Source: an uncultured delta proteobacterium (GTDB lineage Bacteria > Myxococcota_A > Polyangia > Haliangiales > Haliangiaceae). From it: 64,000 nucleotides of DNA. The notes under the pieces were generated by a model that saw only the letters and a list, made by a program, of their open reading frames with translations, made no database searches and was not told the origin of the DNA. The translations under genes and the position numbers were made by a program. The first letter of the stretch is position 1; each line of letters opens with the position of its first letter. Shown here piece by piece: positions 9,235-19,494 of this stretch. Location: NCBI GenBank assembly GCA_963848295.1, contig CAWKDB010000002.1, positions 1,184,001-1,248,000 on the forward strand. Direction: 5' to 3'.

Positions 9235-9642
9235 ATGGCGACCAAGAGCCCGCTCGATCAGTTGCTCGCCGACAGCGGGCTCGGGGACAAGGCGACGCAG
9301 GTCGACGCCAACATGGTGCGCATGCAGTGGGGCTCGGCGTTCGTGCTCGTCGGCGTATCCGGCTCGGCGATCGTCGCGATCGCGCCGATGTTCCAGAAGC
9401 TCCCCGAGGGCAAGGAGCTCGCATTCTTTCGCAAGCTGCTCGAGCACAACGCCTACATGGGCGGCGTCGCCGCGTTCGCGATTCAAAAAGACGGCTGGGT
9501 CGTGCTCCACGCCGGACGCGCGCTCGAGGGCATGGACGCGAAGGAGTTCGCCGCGCTCGTGACGAGCGTGGGTCGGTTCGCGGACGAGCTCGACGACAAG
9601 CTGATCGCGGAGTTCTATTCGCCGCCCTCGACGCCGCCGTAG
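9235..9642 (+). CDS. YbjN/T3SS chaperone-like protein
   Basis: 135 aa; FFRKLLEHNAYMGGVAAFAI and EFAALVTSVGRFADELDDKLIAEF pattern. Confidence 0.7.
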   Translation: MATKSPLDQLLADSGLGDKATQVDANMVRMQWGSAFVLVGVSGSAIVAIAPMFQKLPEGKELAFFRKLLEHNAYMGGVAAFAIQKDGWVVLHAGRALEGMDAKEFAALVTSVGRFADELDDKLIAEFYSPPSTPP

Positions 9643-10235
9643 CCCGGCGTCGAGTCAGTGGCCGGCGCCGCCGGATGGTCGGTGTCGAGATCGATGTCGT
9701 GATCGGCGAGCAGCTGCTTCGCGCTGGTCTGCTGCGCCGGATCGAGCGCCGCGAGCGAGCGGGTCAGCGCGTCGTGCACGAGCGCGGCGCGTTGATCGCC
9801 GAGCTGGTTGATCCCGCCGCCCGCGGCTCCCGAGCTCGAGCCGCCGTGATGGTGTCCGCCGCCGCCACCGCCGCCGCCGCCGCCCATGCCGCGCCCCATG
9901 CCGCCCCCCATGCCACCGCCGCGGTGCCGTCCTCCCATCGAGGGTTGCGGTTGCGCATCGCCGCTCCCAGCCTGCGCCGCTTTCGTCGCCGCGTGGAGCC
10001 GGCCATCGATCGCCTTGAGATCCTCTTGCAGCTGGCGATCGATGTTGCGCAGCTGGCCGACTTGGTCCTCGGTGAGGTGGAGTTGATCCTTGCCGTCGAT
10101 CAGGAACCCGACCGGTGTCCCGGACGAGCTCGGCAGCGGCGCGGTCTCGGCCGGTTTTGCAGGCTCGGGATCATGATGGCAGGCCGCAGCGGCGAGCGCG
10201 GCAGCAAACCCGGTGGCGAGCAGGCGGTGCAACAT
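9615..10235 (-). CDS. Lipoprotein, Spy/CpxP (LTXXQ)-like with Gly/His-rich linker
   Basis: Lipobox LAAAAC; QLHLTEDQVGQL and LDPAQQ motifs. Confidence 0.6.
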   Translation of the reverse strand: MLHRLLATGFAAALAAAACHHDPEPAKPAETAPLPSSSGTPVGFLIDGKDQLHLTEDQVGQLRNIDRQLQEDLKAIDGRLHAATKAAQAGSGDAQPQPSMGGRHRGGGMGGGMGRGMGGGGGGGGGGHHHGGSSSGAAGGGINQLGDQRAALVHDALTRSLAALDPAQQTSAKQLLADHDIDLDTDHPAAPATDSTPGYGGVEGGE

Positions 10236-10292
10236 GAGGTGACGGTCCGCGCGATACAAGACCACACTGTGTCAGCTCCGTGAACGAATATT

Positions 10293-11231
10293 TCAGAGCC
10301 GGACGTGCTCGAAGTGGACGAGCTCGGCCAGCTCGTCGAACCGGCGCTGGATCTTCTCGGTGGTCAGGCCGCGGATGCCGTCGACCGAGAACTGCTCGAC
10401 CGCGAAGCTGCCCATCACGCTGCCCATGATCATCGCGGTGCGGATCGTCTTGGGCGATAGATCGCCGGCGTACGCGAGGTAGCCCATCAGGCCGCCCGCG
10501 AAGCTGTCGCCCGCGCCGGTTGGATCTTTGACGTCGCCGAGCGGCATCGCCGGCGCGGCGAACACACCGTCGCCGTGAACCAGCAGCGCACCCGCATCAC
10601 CGCGCTTGATGATGACCGACGTCGGCCCCATCTTGAGGATCTTCGCGGCGGCGCGTCGCAGGTTGTGCTCCTCGGCGAGCAGGCGCGCCTCCTCGTCGTT
10701 CAGCATGATCGTGTTGATCTTGCCGAGCATCGCGACGAGCTCTTCGCGCTTGATGTTGATCCACAGGTTCATCGTGTCGGCCGCCACGAGCGCGGGCGCG
10801 CGCACCTGGCGCAGCACGTCGAGCTGGAGCGAGGGATCGATGTTGCCGAGCAGCACGAGCTGCGCGTCGCGGTGAGCCTCGGCGACTTTCGGTTGGAACG
10901 CCGCGAACACGCCGAGCTTGGTATCGATCGTCTCGCGCGTCGCGAGATCGGGCGCGTACTTGCCGACCCAGTGGAACGTCTCGCCTTGGCGGCGCTCGAT
11001 CGCGGACACATCGACGCCGACCTTCGCGAGGTCATCGATATGCTTCTGCGGGAAGTCGTCGCCGATCACCGCGACGACCGCGACGTTGCGCGTGAAGTAC
11101 GCGGCCGCGCGGGCGATGAACGACGCCGATCCGCCGAGCAGATCTTTATGGAAGCCAAACGGGCCGTCGATGTCGTCGAGAGCGACCGACCCGACGACGA
11201 GCAAGGAGCGATGAGCGCTGCGCTGGTGCAT
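10293..11231 (-). CDS. PfkB family carbohydrate/nucleoside kinase
   Basis: VGSVALD, LGGSA, NDEEA, DPTGAGDSFAGG motifs. Confidence 0.92.
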   Translation of the reverse strand: MHQRSAHRSLLVVGSVALDDIDGPFGFHKDLLGGSASFIARAAAYFTRNVAVVAVIGDDFPQKHIDDLAKVGVDVSAIERRQGETFHWVGKYAPDLATRETIDTKLGVFAAFQPKVAEAHRDAQLVLLGNIDPSLQLDVLRQVRAPALVAADTMNLWINIKREELVAMLGKINTIMLNDEEARLLAEEHNLRRAAAKILKMGPTSVIIKRGDAGALLVHGDGVFAAPAMPLGDVKDPTGAGDSFAGGLMGYLAYAGDLSPKTIRTAMIMGSVMGSFAVEQFSVDGIRGLTTEKIQRRFDELAELVHFEHVRL

Positions 11232-11259
11232 GAGCCCGGCTGAGGTACCATTGCCGCGC

Positions 11260-13530
11260 GTGGCGATCAACGACGACGGCACTGGCGAGACGGTCGAGTC
11301 CCTGCTCGCCGCAGGCCGCCATGCCGACGCCGCCAAGCTCGCGCTGACCTCGGGCGATCCCGCGCGCGCCGCTTTGCTCTACGAGAAGCTCTGGGACTTC
11401 CGCGCCGCTCTCGAAGCCGCGCGCGCAGCGGGCGATCGACCGCGGTCGCTGCGCTATGCCATCGAAGCGCATGACGAACCAGCGGTCGCCGAGCTGCTCG
11501 CCGAGCTGACCGCGAGTGACGAAGGGGCCCGGGCGGCGCTCGACGTGCTCGTTCGGCTGCGCCGCCCGGCCGAGGCCGCACCGGTCGCCGAGCGGCTCGG
11601 TGACACCGACCTCGCGATCGAGCTCTATACGCGCGCGCACGCCGATCTCGACGCCGCGCGGCTGCTCGAAACCGAAGGCCGCGATCGCGACGCCGGCCGC
11701 TTGCTCGAGCGGGCGCTCGACCTCGCCGCGGCGAGCGAACGCGCGCCGATCCAGCTCGCCCTCGGACGGATCCTCGCGCGCCGGGGTGCGTATCCGGAGG
11801 CGACGCGGCTACTGCAAGACGCTCGCAAGCACGCTGCGCTGCGGATCGACGCACAGCGCCAACTCGTCCCGACGCTCGCCGCGATGGGGTTGCGCGACGG
11901 CGCCCGCGATGCGTTGCTGGAGCTCCGCGCCGCCGATCCGACCGTGCCCGCCGACCTCGATACGTATCTGCGATCGTGGCGAGACGCGACCGCCGAGCGC
12001 AAGACCTCGCGCGATCGCGAGATCATCGCCGGGCGCTATCGGCTCGAACGCTTGATCGGCGCCGGCGCCTCCGGCCGCGTGTTCATCGCGACCGATGAGG
12101 TCGCGGGCCGCCAGGTCGCGCTCAAGATGTTCTTCGCCGCGAGCGCACGCGGCGGGCCGGCGTACGAGCGGTTCGTACGCGAGGCCCGGCTCGCGAGCAC
12201 GCTCCGCCATCCGTCGCTGGTCGAGGTCTACGACGTCTCCGTCGATCGCGGCTTTCTCGTGATGGAGCTGTTGCCCGGCGGCTCGCTCGCGCAGCGCCTC
12301 GATCGTGGCGAGAAGCTCGCGGCGGCGCAGGTCAGGCGGATGGCGCTCGATCTCGTCGCGGGCTTGGAGGCGGCGCATCATCGCGGCGTCGTGCACCGCG
12401 ACGTCAAGCCCGCGAACATCTTCTTCGACGCGCGCGGCACCGCGAAGCTCGGCGATTTCGGCGTCGCGCACCTCGTCGATCTCGGCCAGACCCAGACCGG
12501 CGGCCTGATCGGCACGCTCGCGTACATGTCGCCCGAGCAGATCACGGGCGCACCGATCTCGATCGCCGCGGATCTCTACGCGCTCGGCGTCACGCTGTTC
12601 GAGGCGGTGACCGGCCGATTGCCGTTCCTCGGCCCGGACTTCGTCGCCCAGCACCTCGGCGAGCCGGCGCCGGCGCCCACATCGATCGGCTCCGAAGGCG
12701 AGGTTGCCGCCGGTTGGGATCCGATCCTCGCGGGCCTGCTGATCAAGAACCCTCGCGAACGCACGCAGACGCTCGCCGACCTGCGACGCGAGCTCGAGGC
12801 GCTCGACTTCAGCGGTCGGTCGCGGATCGGTTCGCGACCGAATCGCACGACCGGGCCACACTCGATCGCGCAGCTCGCCGAAGAGGGTGAAGCGCGCCCG
12901 CGCTACCAGTTCGAGACCCCGCTCGGCGCGACCGCGATCTCGCAGCTGTCGCGCGCGGTCGACTCGGTGCTCGATCGCTCGGTCGTGATCGAGCAGTTCG
13001 ACGCGAGCGAAGCCGCGACCGCCGCACTCGAGCGCGCTCGGCTGCTCGGCCGCGCGCAGAGCCCGTTCGTGCAGCGCGCCCTCAGTCTCGATCGCACCGC
13101 GCGCACCGCGGTGTTCGAAAGCCCGACCGGCCAGACGCTCGAGAACCCGCCGACGCTCACCCCCGCCGATGCGGTGCGCGTGTTGAAGCGGCTAGCGCGC
13201 GCCGCCGCGGCGATCCACGAGCTCGGCGGCAGCCACGGCGCGATCTCGCCCAGCACGATCGTGCTCGACGAAGGTGCGGTGCCGACCGTGCTCGCAGCCG
13301 GGCTCGGCCCGGTCGCACCGTCCACGCCCGCGGACGATGTCGCCGCGATCGTCGCCGCGGTCGCGGCGATCGTCGGCTCCGGGCCGACCTTCGGCGAGCT
13401 CGCTGCCGCGGTCGCGCTCGCGGTGGGCACCGCAGCGCCGACGGTGACCACACCCAGTGACGGCGAGACGCTCTACGCTGCCGCCGACGCCGTCGACATC
13501 GCGGTGCTCGCCGCGCTCGGCGCGCGCTGA
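11260..13530 (+). CDS. TPR-repeat Ser/Thr kinase with a second degenerate kinase-like C-terminal domain
   Basis: N-terminal helical repeats; GAGASGRV, HRDVKPAN, DFG, YMSPE; the C-terminal SHGAISPSTI segment lacks HRD/DFG. Confidence 0.85.
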   Translation: MAINDDGTGETVESLLAAGRHADAAKLALTSGDPARAALLYEKLWDFRAALEAARAAGDRPRSLRYAIEAHDEPAVAELLAELTASDEGARAALDVLVRLRRPAEAAPVAERLGDTDLAIELYTRAHADLDAARLLETEGRDRDAGRLLERALDLAAASERAPIQLALGRILARRGAYPEATRLLQDARKHAALRIDAQRQLVPTLAAMGLRDGARDALLELRAADPTVPADLDTYLRSWRDATAERKTSRDREIIAGRYRLERLIGAGASGRVFIATDEVAGRQVALKMFFAASARGGPAYERFVREARLASTLRHPSLVEVYDVSVDRGFLVMELLPGGSLAQRLDRGEKLAAAQVRRMALDLVAGLEAAHHRGVVHRDVKPANIFFDARGTAKLGDFGVAHLVDLGQTQTGGLIGTLAYMSPEQITGAPISIAADLYALGVTLFEAVTGRLPFLGPDFVAQHLGEPAPAPTSIGSEGEVAAGWDPILAGLLIKNPRERTQTLADLRRELEALDFSGRSRIGSRPNRTTGPHSIAQLAEEGEARPRYQFETPLGATAISQLSRAVDSVLDRSVVIEQFDASEAATAALERARLLGRAQSPFVQRALSLDRTARTAVFESPTGQTLENPPTLTPADAVRVLKRLARAAAAIHELGGSHGAISPSTIVLDEGAVPTVLAAGLGPVAPSTPADDVAAIVAAVAAIVGSGPTFGELAAAVALAVGTAAPTVTTPSDGETLYAAADAVDIAVLAALGAR

Positions 13531-13597
13531 CCTCGAGCCCATTGGACTACAGGTGTAGTAATTAAACTACGTGCGTGGTAACCGCGATGAGGAAGCC

Positions 13598-14320
13598 ATG
13601 AACTCAACCGCACGCCTCCTCGTCGCCATGGCTCTCGCTGGTTCGGTCGGATGTAAGAAGCCCGCGAGCGACAAGTCGCCGGCAGCCGCCAGCAGCTCGG
13701 ACCTGGCGAGCTGGGCGACAGGTTCCGGCTCGGCCGCTGTCGGTTCCGGCGCGGACCGCTCCCGGTCCGGCTCGGCAAGCGCAGCGTCGGCGACCATCGG
13801 CTCCGACGCGGCGACGAGCTCGGCCGATGACGATCACATCGTGGTCCTGGCGAAGCATATCCCGCCGAAACAGTCGGACCCCGTGCGGGTGCGGGTTGAA
13901 AGGTTCCGAGTGGTCCACGCGAGCTTCGACCCGAAGAAGATCGAGGGTGGAACCGCGACGATCGAGCTCGATCTCTCCAGCCTCAGGAGCGGCAACGGTG
14001 AGCGCGACAAGGATCTCGAGTCACCCGTCTACCTCGATGTCGGCAAGTTCGCGACCGTGACGATCGAGGTCGCGAACGTCAAGAAGACCGCCGACAAGTC
14101 GTTCACGGCGGACGCGAGCGTCAAGCTTCGCGGGGTGACCAAGACCTATCCGGTGACGTTCGACGTGATCGAGCAAGAAGCCGACCGCATCCGGGTCAAA
14201 GGCGAACATACGTTCTCGCGACTGGACTTCTCGATCGGGACAGACCCGGCCACGGATTCACAGCAGCAGGTAGATCCAGAGCTGACCATCGAGATGGTCG
14301 TGACCCTCGAGAAGACCTGA
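13598..14320 (+). CDS. YceI family lipoprotein
   Basis: Lipobox GSVGC; LDLSSLRSGNGERDKDL, LRGVTK, FSRLDFSIG motifs. Confidence 0.85.
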   Translation: MNSTARLLVAMALAGSVGCKKPASDKSPAAASSSDLASWATGSGSAAVGSGADRSRSGSASAASATIGSDAATSSADDDHIVVLAKHIPPKQSDPVRVRVERFRVVHASFDPKKIEGGTATIELDLSSLRSGNGERDKDLESPVYLDVGKFATVTIEVANVKKTADKSFTADASVKLRGVTKTYPVTFDVIEQEADRIRVKGEHTFSRLDFSIGTDPATDSQQQVDPELTIEMVVTLEKT

Positions 14321-14328
14321 GCTGGCGG

Positions 14329-15990
14329 CTACCGCTTCTCGCCCATCAGCACGACGATCCAGATCGCGTTTTCGCCGATCTCCGGATGATCGCCCTGCGC
14401 GATGCCGACGCCGATCTCGTCGGGCTTGTAGTCGCCGACCAGCGCCTTGCCGTCGATCGCGTCGAGCTCGCCGACTGCGGTGATCACGCTACCGACGCGA
14501 CCGAACGACGCACCGAGCGTATCGAGTTGCCGGCGCGCCGCCGGCCACAGAGCCTCGCGCGACTTACCCTGCGCGAGCCCGTCGACGAGCGTTTGCGCGA
14601 TCGCTTGGAGCGACGTGTTGTTGCGCACCGTCGGTCGCACGGCCGTGATCCGCGTCCGCACGAGCTCCGCGGCTTGCGCTGGGTCGACCTTGGGCGTGAT
14701 CCGGATGAATACCTGAGTCAGGAACATCTCCCGCCGGCCAGAGACCTCGTCACCGAGCACGACGCCGATCCCGATATGCGTCGCGGTGGTCGACATCACG
14801 TTGGCGCGGTGGCCCGGGCTATTCATCAGGCCTTCATGCGCCTCGGCGATGCCGTACGACCGCGCTACGTTCTCTAGTACGACCGCAGTCTTGATCCCGG
14901 CGACGCGGACGCGATCCGCGGCGGAGCCGGTCGTCGGCGAGATGTGCGCGACGATCTTGGTCCGCCGCATTTCTTCGGAGTGCCCCCGCGCGACCGCCGC
15001 CACTCGATCGTCCCATAGCAACGCCGGTAACCCGGCCGCGGTGCGGTCGCGATTGACGAGCGCGAGTAACCGCTCCTCGGCCTGTTTGGGATCGGTGACG
15101 ATCATGTCGTCGCGCGTCGGTTCGACCGTGAGCGTCAACGGTGGCTCGGCACCGCACCAGATCGGGAAGTTCGCGAGCACGGTCGAGCCCGCCGCGTCGC
15201 TCGCGGTGATCTCGATCTGCTGGCGGCCTGCGTGATTCGCGCATTGCAACGGCGCGCGAAACGCTCCGTTCTTGCCGACTTCGATCCCGACGCGTTCGGT
15301 CGTGCCGTCGTCGTGCGTGACGAACACCTCGGGGTCGCGATAGCGCGATTCGACGACCGCCTCGAGCGGCACGCTCGTCCCCGCCGGCAGTGATCGAGGA
15401 ATCGGAGCGGTCGTCACCGCCGAGCCTTGCAATGCGAACACCACCGCACCAGTCCCATCGGCCAACCGCTTCGCGGCGCCGACGCCGATTCGCGCGGTCG
15501 CGCCCGTGCCGAGGATCTCACCGAGCTTGGGTGCGAGCTCGTGAACCACGACCTCGGGATCGTCGATCTTGCCCCACACCACGAGCAAGTGTGGTGACGG
15601 TTCGATGATGCCGTTGCGCTGCAACGCGAACTCGACGACGGAATAGCCGACGACACCCTCTTCGGGAACGACCTCGGCGAGCTCGGCACACGCGCGAAAC
15701 AATCGGGCATCGGGAGTCGGCGCCGGTAGATTCGCGGCGACCGCGGCATCCCGCACCGCGCTGACCACGGCGTCGCCGAGCGCCGAATGCGGAGGTGGCT
15801 GGACCGGCTCGTTGTAGCGTGCGGCCGGCTCGGTCGTCGGCGCAAACGTCACGGGCGCCACGCTGCTCGTCGTCGGCGGCGCGGTCGGATCACCACGACG
15901 CCAGCTCGGCTGCGTTCCGACGCGGGTCGGGCCTCCCGCCGAGCACGCGACCGAGCACGCGAGCACAAGCGACGGAAGGATCGCACGCAC
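14329..15990 (-). CDS. CAP/SCP domain lipoprotein
   Basis: LVNRDRTAAGLPAL, ARGHSEEM, ENVA, LMNSPGHRANVM, HIGIG motifs. Confidence 0.85.
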   Translation of the reverse strand: MRAILPSLVLACSVACSAGGPTRVGTQPSWRRGDPTAPPTTSSVAPVTFAPTTEPAARYNEPVQPPPHSALGDAVVSAVRDAAVAANLPAPTPDARLFRACAELAEVVPEEGVVGYSVVEFALQRNGIIEPSPHLLVVWGKIDDPEVVVHELAPKLGEILGTGATARIGVGAAKRLADGTGAVVFALQGSAVTTAPIPRSLPAGTSVPLEAVVESRYRDPEVFVTHDDGTTERVGIEVGKNGAFRAPLQCANHAGRQQIEITASDAAGSTVLANFPIWCGAEPPLTLTVEPTRDDMIVTDPKQAEERLLALVNRDRTAAGLPALLWDDRVAAVARGHSEEMRRTKIVAHISPTTGSAADRVRVAGIKTAVVLENVARSYGIAEAHEGLMNSPGHRANVMSTTATHIGIGVVLGDEVSGRREMFLTQVFIRITPKVDPAQAAELVRTRITAVRPTVRNNTSLQAIAQTLVDGLAQGKSREALWPAARRQLDTLGASFGRVGSVITAVGELDAIDGKALVGDYKPDEIGVGIAQGDHPEIGENAIWIVVLMGEKR

Positions 15991-16010
15991 GCGGTAGATG
16001 TTAACACGCG

Positions 16011-17513
16011 CTACGGCGTGGTCGGCAGCCGCCGCATCGAGTGCGTCATCAGCCTCGGCGCCGTCGCCGCTGAGCCACTCCCTGCCGTCGAGCCCGCACT
16101 GCCACGTCCCGCGTTGCCGCTTCCCGCGCTCGCACTGCTGCCGCCGCCGGCGCTCTCGTTGCTCCCGCTGCCTTCGTCCGCCGGGAGCTCGGGCTTCGGC
16201 ACGATCGAGCCGGTCTGATCCGCGAACACGATCGTCAGCATGCGATCGAGCGCATGAAAGTCGTTGTACGTGATCCGGTTCCAGCTCGACACGCTCGCTT
16301 CGCCGCCGCCGGTGCGCGTGTCACCGCGCACGACGTTCATCCGCCAGCGGTCGCCGACCTCCGGGGGCAGGCGCACTTTCATATTGTCGTCGCGCCCCTT
16401 GACCGCTCCCCACGGGATCGCGATCTCGGCGTCCCAGCCCTGATCGGTATCTCCCGCTTTATCGGCCGTGCCCCGCACCTTGACGGCGGTGATCATGCCT
16501 GACTCCCAGCTCGTGTCGCCTGGCGTGGCGCGCGTCTGCGGCCACCACTTGTCGAACGTCGCGTTGTTCGGGTTGACCTGGAGCTCGATGTAGCCGCGGC
16601 GATTGCTGTCGGCGTCGATGAAGATCTCGATGACGTCGGACTTCCACAGCGGATCGTCGTGGTTCTTGTACGGGCTGTAGATGTCGTTGTCGATGACCTG
16701 GACCGACAGGTAGAGATACTTGTCGTCCCACGTCATGCGCGCGCTCGCCTTGCCGACCGGCTCGGGGCTGCCTTCACCCGTGGCGAAGTTGGGCGACGGG
16801 CTAATACCCGCCCAACCCGGATCGTTCGCGACACCATCGATCGTGATCGGGCCTCTCGCACGGGAGACGTAGACGGTGCCGAGCGGTGGCGGCGCCTTCG
16901 ACAGATCGACCGGGAGCTCGCGGGTGATCGCGCGGTCGACGACGCCAGGTCCGCTCGCCGCCATCCGATCGCCGAGCTGGTGGCCGTCAACCTGGATCAG
17001 GCCGACGTAGATCGTCGCCGTCGCCGAGTGCCAGTCGGGACGAAGGATGAAGGTTTGCGGATCGGAGATGATCTCCCCGGCTCGCCAGGTCGCGGGGCCG
17101 TGACCGATCTCCATGTCGGTCGCATCGAGGTTCATGAAGTCCGCCGTATTCGGCATGCCGCGGATCAGCGTGAACACGCGCCATCCGGGGCCCGGCGGCT
17201 TGGTGACCTTCCAGTAGTGCGTGATCTTCGCGGCCTGGCCGGGGATGAGCGTCGGCTTGTCGATGGCGCTACCGAGGTAGACGACGCCATCGCCGAGCTT
17301 GACGTCCACGTGCTCGAGCCCCTCCGGCGGCGCGGCCAAGAGATTCTCGCGAATGAAGGCAGGCTCGATCTTCTTGCCCTGCGGACCCGCGCCTTGGTCG
17401 GCGGCGCAGGCCGCGGCGCACGCGAGCGCGAGCACGAGGGTGGCGCGCCCGAAGGCCGGGACCTGTGCCCGGCCTCCAGCACTGCCGAATGGCAGTGCGG
17501 TTAGATCGTTCAT
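16011..17513 (-). CDS. Carbohydrate-binding family 9-like (DOMON-like) lipoprotein with an N-terminal repeat insertion
   Basis: ITIDGVANDPGW, MTWDDKYLY, DVIEIFID, EIAIPW, WRMN motifs. Confidence 0.75.
   Translation of the reverse strand: MNDLTALPFGSAGGRAQVPAFGRATLVLALACAAACAADQGAGPQGKKIEPAFIRENLLAAPPEGLEHVDVKLGDGVVYLGSAIDKPTLIPGQAAKITHYWKVTKPPGPGWRVFTLIRGMPNTADFMNLDATDMEIGHGPATWRAGEIISDPQTFILRPDWHSATATIYVGLIQVDGHQLGDRMAASGPGVVDRAITRELPVDLSKAPPPLGTVYVSRARGPITIDGVANDPGWAGISPSPNFATGEGSPEPVGKASARMTWDDKYLYLSVQVIDNDIYSPYKNHDDPLWKSDVIEIFIDADSNRRGYIELQVNPNNATFDKWWPQTRATPGDTSWESGMITAVKVRGTADKAGDTDQGWDAEIAIPWGAVKGRDDNMKVRLPPEVGDRWRMNVVRGDTRTGGGEASVSSWNRITYNDFHALDRMLTIVFADQTGSIVPKPELPADEGSGSNESAGGGSSASAGSGNAGRGSAGSTAGSGSAATAPRLMTHSMRRLPTTP
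17451..17501 (-). repeat. Family B 51-bp twin-hairpin coding element, copy 1
   Basis: ACC-GCACTGCC-ATTC-GGCAGTGC-T-GGAGGCCGGG-CACAGGT-CCCGGCCTTC; encodes TALPFGSAGGRAQVPAF. Confidence 0.85.
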
Positions 17514-17534
17514 CCCCGTGGTGATACCACGCCG

Positions 17535-18623
17535 CTACTGCGCGGTGCCGGCGGCGTAGTCCGTCGCGATCGCCGATTCGACCTTCGCGAGCTCGGTCTG
17601 GGTGGAGAAGATCACGCCGAGCTCGCGGTTGTAACCGAGCGAGCCCGCCGAGAAGTTCTCCGAGCCGACGAACCCTGATTTGCAGCTCGTCCCGGCGCAA
17701 TCGATCACGATCGCCTTCGCATGGATGTACGGGCTCGACATCGTGCCACCCGACGAATCCGGCCCCGACATCACGACCTTGCCGCCCGCGTTCTTGACCA
17801 GGTTGATCGCCTGGGTCTGGGACGACGACAGCGGCAGATCATTTGCGATCACGACCCGGACCTTGACCCCGCGATTGGCCGCATTCGCCACCGCGTCGAC
17901 CACCCCGTTCTGATTCGTGTCGCTGAACTCTTCGACTTCGACGTCGAGCGTCGTCGTCGCCTCGTCGATCAACGCGACCAGCTTGCTGCGCGCGTTCGTG
18001 TCGGCCACGACGAGATCGCCCGACGGCGTGATCGTCTGCATCGCGTGATCGGCTTTGAACACCGCCGTCGCTTCGGTGACATCGGCGGCGTCGGTGTCGA
18101 GCGCGAGGTACTCGCGGTTCGAGTCCGGCGGGGACTCGTTGAGGTTCATCGTCATGATCCACGCCGATGTCGCGTCGATGATCAGCGTCTTCTCGTGGGT
18201 GTACGTGAACGTCGGGTTCGACCATACGACGTTGACCCCGCCCGAGTGCAGCGCGTTGTAAGCCGGCGTGTTCCACGTCTTGCACGTCGACGAGCTGTCG
18301 AGGATCGCCTCGACGTCGAGGCCGCGCCCCTTCGCGGCGACGAGCGCTGCGGTGATGTCGGTGTTGTCGATCTGATACATCGTCATGTAGACCGACATCG
18401 TCGCCGCTTGGATCGCGTTCATGATCTCGTCGGCGTGATCGTTCGCGGGCTCGACCGTGATCTTGATGCTCTCGGTCGGCATGATCATGACATCACTGCC
18501 CGGGCCGCCGTCATGGCCGCCCCCGCCACCGCCGCCACCACCGTCGGGATTGTTGCCCCCGGGCGCGCTGCAGGCTGCGAGCGCGAGCAAGAACGGGGCG
18601 AGGGACGTACAGATGGCTCGCAT
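17535..18623 (-). CDS. Phospholipase D superfamily lipoprotein
   Basis: Two HKD motifs (HEKTLIID, HAKAIVID); NREY and GSEN...NRELG; lipobox LAAC. Confidence 0.9.
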   Translation of the reverse strand: MRAICTSLAPFLLALAACSAPGGNNPDGGGGGGGGGHDGGPGSDVMIMPTESIKITVEPANDHADEIMNAIQAATMSVYMTMYQIDNTDITAALVAAKGRGLDVEAILDSSSTCKTWNTPAYNALHSGGVNVVWSNPTFTYTHEKTLIIDATSAWIMTMNLNESPPDSNREYLALDTDAADVTEATAVFKADHAMQTITPSGDLVVADTNARSKLVALIDEATTTLDVEVEEFSDTNQNGVVDAVANAANRGVKVRVVIANDLPLSSSQTQAINLVKNAGGKVVMSGPDSSGGTMSSPYIHAKAIVIDCAGTSCKSGFVGSENFSAGSLGYNRELGVIFSTQTELAKVESAIATDYAAGTAQ

Positions 18624-18714
18624 CGGCCGGGAAAGTACCGCGACCAAATCGTAACGGGGCCGTTATTTTTGGCCTCGACCGATCGCGAGATTTCAGCCTG
18701 TTGCGGCGAGAGGC

Positions 18715-19452
18715 TCAGCGGCCCGGGTCGAAACGGGTCACCTGGCGCAGGAAGTTGGCATCGAGGTACTCGCGTTTGATGACCTCGGCCATCTCCTCCG
18801 CGGTCGCGAACCGCTCGTAGTCGATCCGGATCACCGGGATCACCTTCGAGATGTTCGCCACGAAGTCCTGGTAGCCGTCGTACAGCGCGCGCAGGTAACC
18901 GAGCTCGATCTTCGATTCGATATCGCGGCTGCGGCTGCGGATCCGCTCGGCGCTCGCCTCGGGCGACACGTCGAGGAACACGATCACGCTCGGCTTGCAC
19001 ATGAAGTTGCTCATGTTGCGAAACAACTGGACGTACGTCCGGTAGTCGCGCTCGTCCATCAGCCCGGTGTGCGCGAGCATCTTCGCGAAGATCGAATCTT
19101 CGTAGATCGTGCGGTCCTGCACTGCCGACCGACCGCGCCAGATGATCTCTTGATGTTGCTGGAACCGGCGGTTCAGCAGATACACCTGCATCGCGAACGA
19201 GTAGCGTGGGGTATCGCGATAGAAGTCCGCGAGGTACTCGTTGTCGGCGACCGGCTCGTAATACGTGTCGATACCGAGGTGCTGACCGAGCGCGGTCGCG
19301 AGCGTCGACTTGCCGGCGCCGATCATCCCGGCGATGCCGATGAAGATGTTGCCGAGGACGTCCGGTGCACCTCGCCCCAAGGTCGGGCCCGATCCTTCGG
19401 CGGCGGGAAGCGGCGCGGGCTTGGCGTGGGGCGTTTCGACTTGAGTCAACAC
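18715..19452 (-). CDS. Deoxynucleoside kinase
   Basis: GMIGAGKST P-loop, YEPV, QDRTIYED, RSRSRDIE lid. Confidence 0.92.
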   Translation of the reverse strand: MLTQVETPHAKPAPLPAAEGSGPTLGRGAPDVLGNIFIGIAGMIGAGKSTLATALGQHLGIDTYYEPVADNEYLADFYRDTPRYSFAMQVYLLNRRFQQHQEIIWRGRSAVQDRTIYEDSIFAKMLAHTGLMDERDYRTYVQLFRNMSNFMCKPSVIVFLDVSPEASAERIRSRSRDIESKIELGYLRALYDGYQDFVANISKVIPVIRIDYERFATAEEMAEVIKREYLDANFLRQVTRFDPGR

Positions 19453-19494
19453 GCCCGAACCGTCGCAGATCCGTCTGACAGCGTATCGAAGTAC

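Noticed and set aside
17535..18623. PLD-family defence nuclease
   Set aside because: It has a lipoprotein signal and two HKD motifs, with no helicase or defence neighbours; more consistent with an exported phospholipase D-like enzyme
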